Assembly (NCBI GenBank): GCA_030646995.1
Contig: JAUSKF010000004.1
Location: 20,404 to 84,403, forward strand
DNA from: a bacterium
GTDB taxonomy: Bacteria > Patescibacteriota > Minisyncoccia > UBA6257 > WO2-44-18
Reading direction: 5' to 3'
Length of the DNA stretch: 64,000 bases
In this document: positions 1-9,361 of the stretch, piece after piece
Position numbering within the stretch: position 1 is the stretch's first letter
Layout of the letters: the number at the start of each line of letters is the position of its first letter
Notes under the pieces: generated by a model
Seen by the model: the letters and a program-made list of their open reading frames with translations, nothing else
Database searches by the model: none
What the model was told of the DNA's origin: nothing
Position numbers and translations under genes: made by a program

Positions 1-675
1 CTCCCGATTCTGGCGGAGAAGATTTTTGCGCTGAAAATTCCCGATCTCCACTTAATGGTAATAGATGATAACTCCCCTGACGGTACGGGCAAAATTGCGG
101 ACGAGCTACGTCAGAAGTATCCAATTTCCGTGATTCATCGTGAAAAAAAATCCGGGCTGGGAAAAGCCTACGCGCAAGGTTTCCAATCTTTACCGCCGGA
201 AACGGAAATAGTGATCCAAATGGACGCCGATCTTTCACACGACCCGGCTGTCATACCGGCAATGCTAGAAAAAATAAACTCTTCGGCTGGCTCAGGACAA
301 GTTCCCTGCGACCTGGTGCTAGGTTCACGATACGTTCCGGGTGGGAAAATTGAAAATTGGAATCTGATCCGTAGAATGATTAGCCGCTTTGGAAATTTCT
401 ACGCCCGAACTATTCTCGGACTTCCCTACCGCGACCTGACCGGAGGATTTAAATGTTTCCGTCGCGAAGTTTTAAAAACGATTCAACTCGACTCCTTAAG
501 TTCCACCGGCTATAATTTTCAAATTGAAACAACTTACGCAGCCCACAAAAAGGGATTTAAGATCTGCGAAGTCCCAATCACTTTCGCCGAACGCAAAACC
601 GGAAAATCAAAATTTAATCTTAGGATTATTTTAGAAAGCTTCTGGAAAGTACTGACTTTAAGGTTTAGGAACTAA
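1..675 (+). CDS. Polyprenol-phosphate mannosyl/glucosyltransferase (GT2, DPM1/GtrB-like), 5'-partial; frame open to window start
   Basis: ORF 55..675 continues upstream in frame (LPILAEKIFALKIPDLHLMVIDDNSPDGTG...); DxD-type GT2 motifs (IQMDADLSHDP), C-terminal DPM1-like region. Confidence 0.8.
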   Translation, partial: LPILAEKIFALKIPDLHLMVIDDNSPDGTGKIADELRQKYPISVIHREKKSGLGKAYAQGFQSLPPETEIVIQMDADLSHDPAVIPAMLEKINSSAGSGQVPCDLVLGSRYVPGGKIENWNLIRRMISRFGNFYARTILGLPYRDLTGGFKCFRREVLKTIQLDSLSSTGYNFQIETTYAAHKKGFKICEVPITFAERKTGKSKFNLRIILESFWKVLTLRFRN

Positions 676-2211
676 CTTCAATTTCTTGCTGGTGATTACC
701 AAGTAACGATTTTCAAATAGATTGGCATCAAAGAATCCCGACTGAATGTAGTTATCAATGTAAGTCTGGAACGCCCCCTCGTCTTTAAAGCCGAAGCTAT
801 CACCAAGATCAATGAGCACCATATCCATAAATTTCGGCTCGCTACCCAAAGCGTAAACGTATTCTCGATGCGCCAGATGAGGCACCATATTGGTATTGGC
901 GGCTACGCTTATGCCATCAGGCACTAAAGTAACCATACTTCGATAGGCCAATTTTTGCGGAGTATCCTGAAAATAAGAAATTGGGAAGTTTTTCGGAGAA
1001 AGCGGAGAACGGGTCAGGAATCCCAGCGCCGCCACAATAAGAATGACCCAGAAAAATAATCTTTCCCTCCGCCATCCGCCCTCTCTGGCGGAGGCGGATG
1101 GCCACCTATCAATCAAATTCTTCAACCCATAAACAGAGCCGATCAAAACCGCAGGAATTAAAATGGAATCATAGTGATAGAGGCCGCTAAATTGGAAATT
1201 GTAGTTGGTAAGTAAATTTTCCGGCAGGCCGGGTAGGAATAATATCCAGGTTTTCGGGGAAAAAATAGGCAAAAAAGCCACCGGGAAAAGCAAAATGAGC
1301 AGATAGAACAGTTTTTCCGGAGTAAAAATGGTTTGCGCTACCAACGCGGGATGAGTAACGGCGGTCGCAATCGCCGCGGCCGGAGTGGCGCCAAAATTGG
1401 CGTAACGATCAAAGCGCAACACTCCCCCGCCCAGCGCGGGCATAAAAACTTTGACCGCCAGCAGGAAATAAAATAATGCGAGTACTGCTATTATTATCCC
1501 AAAAGCCTTTTTTTTATTTCTCAAAACTCTAAATCCTAAATTCGAAATTCTAAATAAATTCAAAAGTTTAAAATTTTGAAGGTTAGAATTTTGATCTTGT
1601 TTAGAGTTTAGAGCTTCGGATTTAGGGTTTGTCTCAAGGAATAGAAAATAGATCCCGGCAAAAAATACCGCCAGAATCGCGTCTTCTTTGACGCTGGCCG
1701 CCAAGGCAAAAAATAATCCCGCCCAACCCCATCTTTTGCTTTCAACAAAATAAAACGCCGCCAGAAATAACGGAACGAAGAAAGTGATTTCGTGAAAATC
1801 ATAGAAGTTCGCCCAATGAAGTGAGGGGTACAGGAGGTACGAGAAAACAATGACAAAAGACAACCACTTACGACCGAGGACTTTTTGGGCCAGCAGATAC
1901 AGCGGCCACGCTCCAAGCGCCAAAGCCAACGTCTGAATGAATAATAGATAATAAGGGGTCTGGAAAAGCGCGTAGCCCGGCGCCAGCACCAGCAACCAAG
2001 GGCTCATATGCAAACCGAGATGGTTATGGACCTGCTCTAAATTATTTTCCATTATCCGCCCCTGCGCCGTATTCCAAAAAGTTTGTACGAATGCGGCTAA
2101 ATCCCAAGCTTGAGTCTGGAAATTATAATGGCGCAAGGCAGTCATCACGCCGAAAACAACAAAATAACCGAGGATTAAAAGCCAGATAGACTGCTTCGCG
2201 GTAATTCTCAT
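658..2211 (-). CDS. Polytopic membrane protein, DUF2079-like (putative glycan-related membrane protein)
   Basis: 517 aa, many TM helices, N-terminal similarity pattern to DUF2079; sits between GT2 and GT39 genes; internal AT-rich low-complexity insert around 1500-1620. Confidence 0.5.
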   Translation of the reverse strand: MRITAKQSIWLLILGYFVVFGVMTALRHYNFQTQAWDLAAFVQTFWNTAQGRIMENNLEQVHNHLGLHMSPWLLVLAPGYALFQTPYYLLFIQTLALALGAWPLYLLAQKVLGRKWLSFVIVFSYLLYPSLHWANFYDFHEITFFVPLFLAAFYFVESKRWGWAGLFFALAASVKEDAILAVFFAGIYFLFLETNPKSEALNSKQDQNSNLQNFKLLNLFRISNLGFRVLRNKKKAFGIIIAVLALFYFLLAVKVFMPALGGGVLRFDRYANFGATPAAAIATAVTHPALVAQTIFTPEKLFYLLILLFPVAFLPIFSPKTWILFLPGLPENLLTNYNFQFSGLYHYDSILIPAVLIGSVYGLKNLIDRWPSASAREGGWRRERLFFWVILIVAALGFLTRSPLSPKNFPISYFQDTPQKLAYRSMVTLVPDGISVAANTNMVPHLAHREYVYALGSEPKFMDMVLIDLGDSFGFKDEGAFQTYIDNYIQSGFFDANLFENRYLVITSKKLKLVPKP

Positions 2212-2251
2212 TTCTTTTATTCTACCCCAATTTAGAGCTAAACTTAATTTT

Positions 2252-3976
2252 GTGACTACGAAAAAACTCTTATTCGGAATTCTGCTTGCCGCGGCGATAT
2301 TGCGGCTAGCCGGACTGGGCTCCGGAGATCTGATTGGCAGCGATGAAATTTTTTACGGCGTCCGGGCAATCGGCATGCTGGACTATGACAACGCGCCAAA
2401 ACAATCCACGCCCCTTGAATGGTTCGACCCGATCAATCGGCAGAACCATATAATTCCCCACCCGGCAGATCTTTCGTTGGAGGGTGGCATTCCCTTGTGG
2501 ACAAAACTTTCTTTCCACGACCATCCGCCCCTGGTTTTTCTGGCGCAACATTTTTCAATGCAGATCTTCGGCGAGAATAAATTCGCCTTTCGTCTGCCTT
2601 CCGCGCTCGCCGGAATTTTAACGGTATATCTACTTTATCTGCTCGGGAAACGCCTAACGTCCGAAAAGGCCAGCCTCGCCGAGTCTAGGCGAGCGGGATT
2701 ATTTTCGGCGGCAATCGCTGCGGTAACCGTCAATTCAGTCCACAATTCACGGCTCGGCCTGCAAGAACCAATCCTGATTCTGCTGATGCTGGCGACGGTC
2801 TATTTTTTCACGCTTGCCAAAGATAATAAGAAACATCTCCTGACAACCGGCATCTTCGCGGGGCTGGCGATGCTCGCGAAATACAACGCCATCATCCTCG
2901 CGCCGATCTTTTTTACTTACATCCTGCTATTTCGAAGGGGTTGGCTGAAAGAAAAAAATCTCTGGCTCGGAATACTGCTCGCGATTGCCGTGTTTAGCCC
3001 GGTAATCATTTATAACTTGGGGCTCTATAATGCTACCAGCCACTTCGATTTCCAGCTTTCTTATCTTCTTGGGCAAAATGTGGAAGTCTGGCAATCCGCT
3101 CCCGGCAAAGAAAACGCTGGAACGCTGTTTAACAAAATGACAGCCATCGTTCCAAATCTAGCAAAATTCAACTCTTGGCCATTCCTGTTAATTAGCGTAG
3201 CAGGGCTTTGCTGGCTCACTTATCGCGCTCTAAAAAAAGATCAGCCAGCAACTTTTCTTCTTATAATAAATGGCTTTTTATTCCTGTTGATCGTTGTGGC
3301 TATTGGACCGGCATCAAGATTTCTGGCGATGCTAACTCCATTTCTTGCGCTGGCAGCCGGGAATCTTTTATCCCAGGCGCGCTTATCCGCGAAGCCGGTA
3401 ATCACTATCCTAGTAATATTTTTGGCTTGGGAACTCACCTACACGACAAACACCGACATCCTGAATTATCCGGTCGGACCGAAACATTTTGCCTGGTCGC
3501 GATTGCGTTACGAAAACTACCGCTGGGGATATAACCAACTCGACGATTATTTAGAAAAAGAGCTCGGTGGAAAATTTCCGGCTTTTGTTTTGAATCAAAA
3601 ATATCAATTCCTGGATAAAATAATCGACCGCGATATTACGCAACGGAAACGGCTGGGCGATCAACCCTATTCCGCTCTTTTTATTTATGACGACAATTTA
3701 CGGGATTCGGCAAGATTCTGGAGTCTAGACCGACTACAGATCTACCACGGCTGGCCCGTCATCAAAGCCGAGGGGTTCGCGGAGCTGCAAAAATTCGAAT
3801 TACCTCCCCGCACGACTTATTTCATTGCCCCTACCGACAAAGTACTGGTCAGAGAAGGGGCGAGACTAACCACGGACGGTCCAGCGCTTGAGCAATCTTT
3901 ACTGAAAAAAGGATTATCGCCGATAGAAATCAAAAACCCGAAAGGAGAGGTGGCTTTCAAAGTTTATAAATTTTAA
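2252..3976 (+). CDS. GT-C glycosyltransferase, family 39 / ArnT-PMT-like (dolichyl/undecaprenyl-phosphate-sugar dependent)
   Basis: 574 aa; N-terminal multi-TM region with ArnT/PMT_2-like signature, large C-terminal soluble domain. Confidence 0.7.
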   Translation: MTTKKLLFGILLAAAILRLAGLGSGDLIGSDEIFYGVRAIGMLDYDNAPKQSTPLEWFDPINRQNHIIPHPADLSLEGGIPLWTKLSFHDHPPLVFLAQHFSMQIFGENKFAFRLPSALAGILTVYLLYLLGKRLTSEKASLAESRRAGLFSAAIAAVTVNSVHNSRLGLQEPILILLMLATVYFFTLAKDNKKHLLTTGIFAGLAMLAKYNAIILAPIFFTYILLFRRGWLKEKNLWLGILLAIAVFSPVIIYNLGLYNATSHFDFQLSYLLGQNVEVWQSAPGKENAGTLFNKMTAIVPNLAKFNSWPFLLISVAGLCWLTYRALKKDQPATFLLIINGFLFLLIVVAIGPASRFLAMLTPFLALAAGNLLSQARLSAKPVITILVIFLAWELTYTTNTDILNYPVGPKHFAWSRLRYENYRWGYNQLDDYLEKELGGKFPAFVLNQKYQFLDKIIDRDITQRKRLGDQPYSALFIYDDNLRDSARFWSLDRLQIYHGWPVIKAEGFAELQKFELPPRTTYFIAPTDKVLVREGARLTTDGPALEQSLLKKGLSPIEIKNPKGEVAFKVYKF

Positions 3977-4024
3977 GAAGTTTGCAGTTGTTAGCGGTTA
4001 GTTGTAAGTTTAGACATTGCCAAT

Positions 4025-4762
4025 ATGAAAAAGGACACATCTTGGGGCGTGGAAACTGTCATCGGCCACTATCAAAAAACTTTGATTTTGCCGAACCTGC
4101 TCCGACTGATGAACATCAAGAAAGATGAAGATATTTTGGATATCGGGTCCGGTCCGGGTTTTTTTGCTAATGAATTCGCGAAAAGAGGAGCGGAGGTAAC
4201 AGGCGTAGAGCTTTCTCAAGCTTTGATAGCGGAGGCGAAAAAGAAATATCCCGGCTTGAAGTCCTGCGTTGGTTCGGCCGAGGATATGCCTTTTTTGCAA
4301 AAATCGGAATTCGATAAGGTGGCGGCCGTACTGGCTCTTCAAAATATGGATAACCCTCACAAAATACTGGCGGAATGCGCCCGTATTCTTAAAACTAACG
4401 GCAAGCTATATATAGTAATAACCCATCCGGCCTTCCGAGTTTTGAAAAATAGCGAATGGGGCTGGGACGACACGAAAAAAATCCAATATCGCCGCATTGA
4501 TAGCTATTTATCCGAGTCAAAAGAAAAAATCGCCATGCACCCCTCAATAGGAATGGGCAAAGACCCGAAAGATTATACCATCTCATTCCATAGGCCGCTA
4601 CAAACGTATTTCAAATTACTAAAAAATTCCGGTTTTGTGGTGAGCGCACTTGAGGAATGGGAGTCCAACAAAAAAAGCGAGATGGGGCCTAGGGCCAAGG
4701 CGGAAGATGTGGCGCGAAAAGAAATTCCTTTGTTTTTGTTTATTGAAGCGTCTAAACTGTAG
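4025..4762 (+). CDS. Class I SAM-dependent methyltransferase
   Basis: Motif I DILDIGSGPGFF, Methyltransf_11-like. Confidence 0.8.
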   Translation: MKKDTSWGVETVIGHYQKTLILPNLLRLMNIKKDEDILDIGSGPGFFANEFAKRGAEVTGVELSQALIAEAKKKYPGLKSCVGSAEDMPFLQKSEFDKVAAVLALQNMDNPHKILAECARILKTNGKLYIVITHPAFRVLKNSEWGWDDTKKIQYRRIDSYLSESKEKIAMHPSIGMGKDPKDYTISFHRPLQTYFKLLKNSGFVVSALEEWESNKKSEMGPRAKAEDVARKEIPLFLFIEASKL

Positions 4763-4766
4763 ATAT

Positions 4767-5465
4767 ATGAGACTGCACAGATTTATCGGCGATTTCGATT
4801 TATCGAAAGAATATTTAAAAATCAGCGACCGAGATTTGGTAAACCAGCTAAAGAACGTCTTCCGCCTAAAAACCGGCGATGAAATTCTACTTGGAGACGG
4901 AAAGAAAAATGAAGCGCTGGCTTGCGTAGAAGAAATTTCCAGAGGAGCCGCGACTTTGATTATCAAGCGTACACAGGAAAATACCAACGAACCGGAAATC
5001 TATGGGATTCTTTATTGCTCGATATTAAAAAAGGAAAACTTTGAACTCGCCGCCCAAAAAGCGGTGGAGGCGGGAATCTCTGAAATAGTGCCGATTATCG
5101 GCCAGCGAACGGTCAAAACAGCGATCAATCTTCCTCGTTTAGAGAAAATAGTTAAAGAAGCGGCGGAGCAATCCGGCCGAGGAATTATTCCGAAAGTTCA
5201 CCCGACTCTATCTTTTGAAAAAGCCTTTGAGCATGCCTCAACGAATAACGCGAATATATTTTTCCGCCCCAGCGGATTGCCGATAGCCAAAATAAAAATA
5301 CTGCCCCCGAAAGTCGGCATCTTTATCGGACCGGAAGGTGGCTGGAATGAACTGGAAACTGAATCAGCGGAAAAAAATCAATTTACTATGGCTTCTTTAG
5401 GAAAACTTATCCTCCGAGCAGAAACTGCGGCCTCGATTGCCTCCTACTTGGTACTCAACCGATAA
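4767..5465 (+). CDS. rsmE: 16S rRNA (uracil1498-N3)-methyltransferase RsmE
   Basis: MRLHRFIGDFDL... N-terminal PUA-like region plus C-terminal SPOUT domain; ORF 4650..5465 trimmed to the first ATG after upstream gene stop. Confidence 0.75.
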   Translation: MRLHRFIGDFDLSKEYLKISDRDLVNQLKNVFRLKTGDEILLGDGKKNEALACVEEISRGAATLIIKRTQENTNEPEIYGILYCSILKKENFELAAQKAVEAGISEIVPIIGQRTVKTAINLPRLEKIVKEAAEQSGRGIIPKVHPTLSFEKAFEHASTNNANIFFRPSGLPIAKIKILPPKVGIFIGPEGGWNELETESAEKNQFTMASLGKLILRAETAASIASYLVLNR

Positions 5466-5484
5466 AAGGTGTAGGCTAATCCTG

Positions 5485-6393
5485 ATGAAAAGACTAGTTT
5501 TCGCCCTGACATCTATAATCGCCCTAATAACCGCCTCCGGCGCAATTTTTGTGGGTTACAAGACTTATCAGCAGTTAACCTACCAACTGGAGGCCACACA
5601 AACTCAACTGGCCCTCTTAGAACGCTCCGTCGGCAATATACAAAACAAAACCACCGCCTCTCTCTCGAATCTTCAGGATAAAAACAAAACCCTATCCAAA
5701 GAATTGGAAAAGTCTCAAGGGGAATTGGAAGGCCTGTCTCTACCGCAGGATTTATTGCAGAACCTAATGGCACGTATCGTTTATGTTCAATGTAGGGATT
5801 CAGATAGCGCAGGGGATCGGGCGGGATCCGGAACCATCGGCTTGGTAAAAAGCACGGAAAGTGGCTTAGCGATTACGACCAACCTACACGTCACCGGATA
5901 TCCGACCTCTTTCTGTACCGCCCGACTACCAACTAGCCCAACTTATGAAAAACTTGGAGCAACGCGGCCGGCATTCGTGGGCAAATATGACAGCAATTAT
6001 CCGGATGTTGATGTGGCGCTAGTGCACGCGCAAAATGTGACGGAAAAGTTCGGGGTCTTCCCGATTCCCTTCTGCGCTCCAGCAGATATCAAAACCGGCA
6101 ACCCGATTACTTTATTCGGATACCCAAGCTTCGGCGGGAAAACCCTAACAATCACTGATGGAATTATCAGCGGAGTGCTACAAACTAAATGGGGGCCAAG
6201 ATATAAAACTTCTGCCAAAATTGATTTCGGCAACTCCGGCGGATTGGCGGTAGATAATAAACATCGCTGCGTAATCGGTATACCAACTTGGACTAAATTC
6301 GGCGGAGAGCTTGGGCAAAACCTAAGCACCGGAGAATCTCTGGGTCAAATCCAATCTTGGGAAATGATTAAAAAATCCGGAGAAATTTTCTAA
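5485..6393 (+). CDS. Membrane-anchored trypsin-like serine protease (S1 family) with N-terminal coiled coil
   Basis: N-terminal TM helix, coiled-coil stretch, DFGNSGG active-site serine motif; ORF 5437..6393 trimmed to MKRLVFALTS. Confidence 0.6.
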   Translation: MKRLVFALTSIIALITASGAIFVGYKTYQQLTYQLEATQTQLALLERSVGNIQNKTTASLSNLQDKNKTLSKELEKSQGELEGLSLPQDLLQNLMARIVYVQCRDSDSAGDRAGSGTIGLVKSTESGLAITTNLHVTGYPTSFCTARLPTSPTYEKLGATRPAFVGKYDSNYPDVDVALVHAQNVTEKFGVFPIPFCAPADIKTGNPITLFGYPSFGGKTLTITDGIISGVLQTKWGPRYKTSAKIDFGNSGGLAVDNKHRCVIGIPTWTKFGGELGQNLSTGESLGQIQSWEMIKKSGEIF

Positions 6394-6395
6394 CT

Positions 6396-6602
6396 ATGAA
6401 ACTATTTTCATATCTGATGTTCGCGCTAGGAACTGGCTCGCTCTTGCTAGGCATCTACTATGTGGCCAAATTATCGCAAGGCGCCGGTGGTTTAGCCGCA
6501 ATTCTGCCGCTATTCATTCTGGTCGCTTTTTGCCTGATTGGCGTTCTATTTTTTGGAATAATCGGATTAATTTCGTTTTTATTCGCCAAAAAGAAAAAAT
6601 GA
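6396..6602 (+). CDS. Small hydrophobic membrane protein
   Basis: 68 aa, two predicted TM helices; weak. Confidence 0.3.
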   Translation: MKLFSYLMFALGTGSLLLGIYYVAKLSQGAGGLAAILPLFILVAFCLIGVLFFGIIGLISFLFAKKKK

Positions 6603-6940
6603 TTAATTTTGAAGATTTTTCTAAAATTGAATTAAAGATTGCCAAAATTCTTTCCGCCGAGCGGATAGAAGGCTCGGATAAACTTTTAAAGCTTCAGCTG
6701 GATGCCGGGGATAAAGATGACGCCGGTAATTCCAAAAGCAGGCAGATCGTAGCCGGGATTGGGAAAGTATATGATCCGGCAACACTCGCGGGCAGAGAAA
6801 TCACCATTGTCGCTAATCTGGAGTCCAGAGCTTTAATGGGAATCGAGAGCCAAGGAATGCTCCTCGCCGCAAAAGACGAAAATGGCCCGGTAATTCTTAT
6901 TCCGGAAAAGGAAGTACCTCCGGGATCTGTAGTTGGTTGA
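6599..6940 (+). CDS. tRNA-binding domain protein (CsaA/EMAP-like, MetRS C-terminal domain homolog)
   Basis: MINFEDFSKIELKIAKILSAERIEGSDKLLKLQLDAGD... typical tRNA_bind OB fold signature; in-frame ATG inside ORF 6530..6940. Confidence 0.7.
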   Translation: MINFEDFSKIELKIAKILSAERIEGSDKLLKLQLDAGDKDDAGNSKSRQIVAGIGKVYDPATLAGREITIVANLESRALMGIESQGMLLAAKDENGPVILIPEKEVPPGSVVG

Positions 6941-6990
6941 TTAGTTGTTAGTCATTAGTCATTAGTCGTTAGTTATTGTATATTGAAGGC

Positions 6991-7152
6991 ATGCATCACT
7001 ACATTTGCCTCGGCGGCTGCGAAGGGGTAGCGGAAAAAGAAAGTAAGTGCGGGGATCCTAAATGCCCGGATTATCAAAAAGATCTGAAGCATTGTGATTG
7101 TACTGACGGAAAGCACGAAGGAGAGTTCGAAAAGAAAGACAAGCAGGCATAA
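6991..7152 (+). CDS. Small Cys/Lys/Glu-rich putative metal-binding protein (53 aa)
   Basis: MHHYICLGGCEGVAEKESKCGDPKCPDYQKDLKHCDCTDGKHEGEFEKKDKQA, 8 Cys in CxxxC/CxxxxC/CxC spacing; not on ORF track (<60 aa); weak RBS. Confidence 0.3.
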   Translation: MHHYICLGGCEGVAEKESKCGDPKCPDYQKDLKHCDCTDGKHEGEFEKKDKQA

Positions 7153-7232
7153 TGTAATCCTACGCTATGCTCAGGATTGCTACTGCTTACCAAATTTTTT
7201 GCTTCTTTGAATTGAAAATTTGGAGCAGTAGG
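7153..7232 (+). repeat. ~90-bp double-hairpin element, copy 1 (inverted copy at 55262-55340)
   Basis: AATCCTACGCTATGCTCAGGATT hairpin + long hairpin CTACTGCTTACCAAATTTT..AAAATTTGGAGCAGTAG; ~95% identity to reverse complement of copy 2. Confidence 0.7.
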
Positions 7233-7262
7233 TAAAAAAATCCCCGTAGCAATGCGGGGATT

Positions 7263-7751
7263 TCAAATGAACTCTTCCTGCTCTTCCGGAAATCGATAGA
7301 AAGAGATGGTGCGACCAAGATTCTGATCAAACTCTTCTTTGGTTTGCGCCGCCATACGAATAGCCAACTTAGGGTTTAGACAATCGTGCAAACCGGGAAT
7401 CATCTTTCTCCGAATCACCGAGATAATCAGCCTGCGGGGATCTTCGCCGGTGAAAGTGGCTAATGCCAAGGCGAACGGATAATCCATCGGAAGGATGCCA
7501 TTCAATTCGGCTACCAGACGGAAAAAGACTGATTCTATCTCGGTAATACCAAATCGAGGTTTAGTTATCTGAAGAAGAGCAAAAAGGTTTGCTTGCGCCT
7601 CTTTCCAGATTGGCATTACCGCGGCATGAAAACCCGTCGCGGAATTCGGCCTCTCCTCTTCAGCAAGTTTTTTCATTCGGAGTAGAGAGGCATTCGCCGA
7701 CAAAATAAGAAATTCTTCGAACAAAGATCTGCCGCGATCAACGGTCGACAT
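7263..7751 (-). CDS. Hypothetical protein
   Basis: 162 aa ORF, followed by intrinsic terminator at ~7228-7258. Confidence 0.5.
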   Translation of the reverse strand: MSTVDRGRSLFEEFLILSANASLLRMKKLAEEERPNSATGFHAAVMPIWKEAQANLFALLQITKPRFGITEIESVFFRLVAELNGILPMDYPFALALATFTGEDPRRLIISVIRRKMIPGLHDCLNPKLAIRMAAQTKEEFDQNLGRTISFYRFPEEQEEFI

Positions 7752-7865
7752 GCCGCCTCCTCTCTTTTTAATCTTCTGACTAAATTTTGCGCTGAAAATA
7801 TGTTTAAATCAAGAGTAAGAGCCTTCTTTAAATATTTAAATTTTTAAATAATAAAATATCCTACA

Positions 7866-8708
7866 ATGCCAATAATAGGTGCACACGTATCAACCAATGG
7901 AGGGCTTTCTAAATGTTTTGAAAACGCTGCGGCGATGGGAGCAAAGGCTATCCAAATTTTCGGATCCTCGCCCCAACAGTGGTTCACCAAAATGCCGACT
8001 GCGGAGGCAATACAGGATTTTACTTCTAAAAAAACCAATGCCGGCTCGCCACCGGTATATCTGCACGCCGGCTACCTGGTCAACCTAACAAGCCCAAATC
8101 CCATCAACCGAGAAAAGTCCATTAAGAGCCTCGCCGAGCATTATCAGATAGCCCAATCCCTGAATGCCGAAGGCTTAATTTTCCATCTTGGTTCTTTTGG
8201 AGAAGAGGGCCACGAAAAAGGCCTAAAAAATCTGATTTCCGGAATCCGCGAAGTTTTAAAAAAGGTTCCGGGAAACGCCCGCCTAATATTAGAAAACAGC
8301 GCCGGGGGGGGCAATAAATTAGGAAAAACCCTGGAAGAGCTGGCGGAAATCTTTGAAGGCGTGAATTCACCAAGGGCTAAGTTTTGTTTCGATACGGCGC
8401 ATGCCTTTGAAGCCGGAATGATCGGATATGAGTCAGCGAAAAAAGTTGAAGAATTCTTCAACCTCTGGGATAAAAAAATCGGCATCGGTAATATCGAAGT
8501 CCTGCACTCCAATGACTCAAAAACTATTTTTGAATCACATAACGATAGGCATGAAAATATCGGGCAGGGCGAAATTGGAAAAAAGGGATTCACAAATTTA
8601 GCGAAGGAAAAAAGACTGCACGGCAAGGTATGGCTGCTGGAGGTTCCGGGCGAAGATGACCGGGGGCCGGATAAAGAAAATATTGAGAAACTGAAAGCGC
8701 TGTTTTAA
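7866..8708 (+). CDS. nfo: Endonuclease IV (AP endonuclease family 2)
   Basis: MPIIGAHVSTNGGL...AIQIF.., conserved Nfo metal-binding His/Asp/Glu pattern; contains a G8 tract at 8305-8312. Confidence 0.85.
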   Translation: MPIIGAHVSTNGGLSKCFENAAAMGAKAIQIFGSSPQQWFTKMPTAEAIQDFTSKKTNAGSPPVYLHAGYLVNLTSPNPINREKSIKSLAEHYQIAQSLNAEGLIFHLGSFGEEGHEKGLKNLISGIREVLKKVPGNARLILENSAGGGNKLGKTLEELAEIFEGVNSPRAKFCFDTAHAFEAGMIGYESAKKVEEFFNLWDKKIGIGNIEVLHSNDSKTIFESHNDRHENIGQGEIGKKGFTNLAKEKRLHGKVWLLEVPGEDDRGPDKENIEKLKALF

Positions 8709-8747
8709 ACATTTCAATATTTCCAGATTTAAAATATAATTACTCTT

Positions 8748-9338
8748 ATGAAGAAACTCTTGGTCGCTACACAAAATCCCGGTAAAATATTGGAATACAA
8801 GGAATTGCTGAAAGATCTGCCGCTGGAAGTAATTACGCTACAGGATTTGGGAGTTACCGAAGAAGCTCCGGAAGACGCCCCAACATTTGAAGAAAATGCC
8901 AGATTGAAAGTGGCTTTTTATTCAAAACTCACAGAATTCCCGACGATTGCGGAGGATTCAGGTTTAGAAATCGACCACCTCAACGGAGAACCGGGGGTTA
9001 AATCACGACGCTGGCCGGGCCACCGCGCCACCGATGATGAGCTCGTAAAGCTGATTGAAGAAAAAATGCAGGGCGTGCCGAAAGAACAACGTGGAGCTCA
9101 ATTCCGGGTAGTTATGGCTCTAAAAATTCCCGGAAAAGACATAGTAACCGCAGAAGGCACAATGCGTGGAATTATTACCGATAAGCCGACCGAAACTATA
9201 ATTACCGGATTCCCCTTCCGATCAATGTTCTATGTGCCAGAACTAGATAAAGTACTTGGCGAGATGACTATGAACGAAGAAGCGAAGATTGGGCACCGCA
9301 AGCAGGCATTAGAAAAATTACTCCCCTTTCTTCTCTAA
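8748..9338 (+). CDS. rdgB: dITP/XTP pyrophosphatase (RdgB/HAM1 family)
   Basis: MKKLLVATQNPGKILEYKELL... Ham1p-like signature. Confidence 0.85.
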   Translation: MKKLLVATQNPGKILEYKELLKDLPLEVITLQDLGVTEEAPEDAPTFEENARLKVAFYSKLTEFPTIAEDSGLEIDHLNGEPGVKSRRWPGHRATDDELVKLIEEKMQGVPKEQRGAQFRVVMALKIPGKDIVTAEGTMRGIITDKPTETIITGFPFRSMFYVPELDKVLGEMTMNEEAKIGHRKQALEKLLPFLL

Positions 9339-9361
9339 AACTTCAGTGGACAACTTTTCGA

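Noticed and set aside
4650-5465. Long form of rsmE ORF starting at 4650
   Set aside because: It overlaps the upstream methyltransferase by >100 nt and its N-terminal 39 aa are low-complexity. The internal ATG at 4767 gives the canonical RsmE N-terminus.
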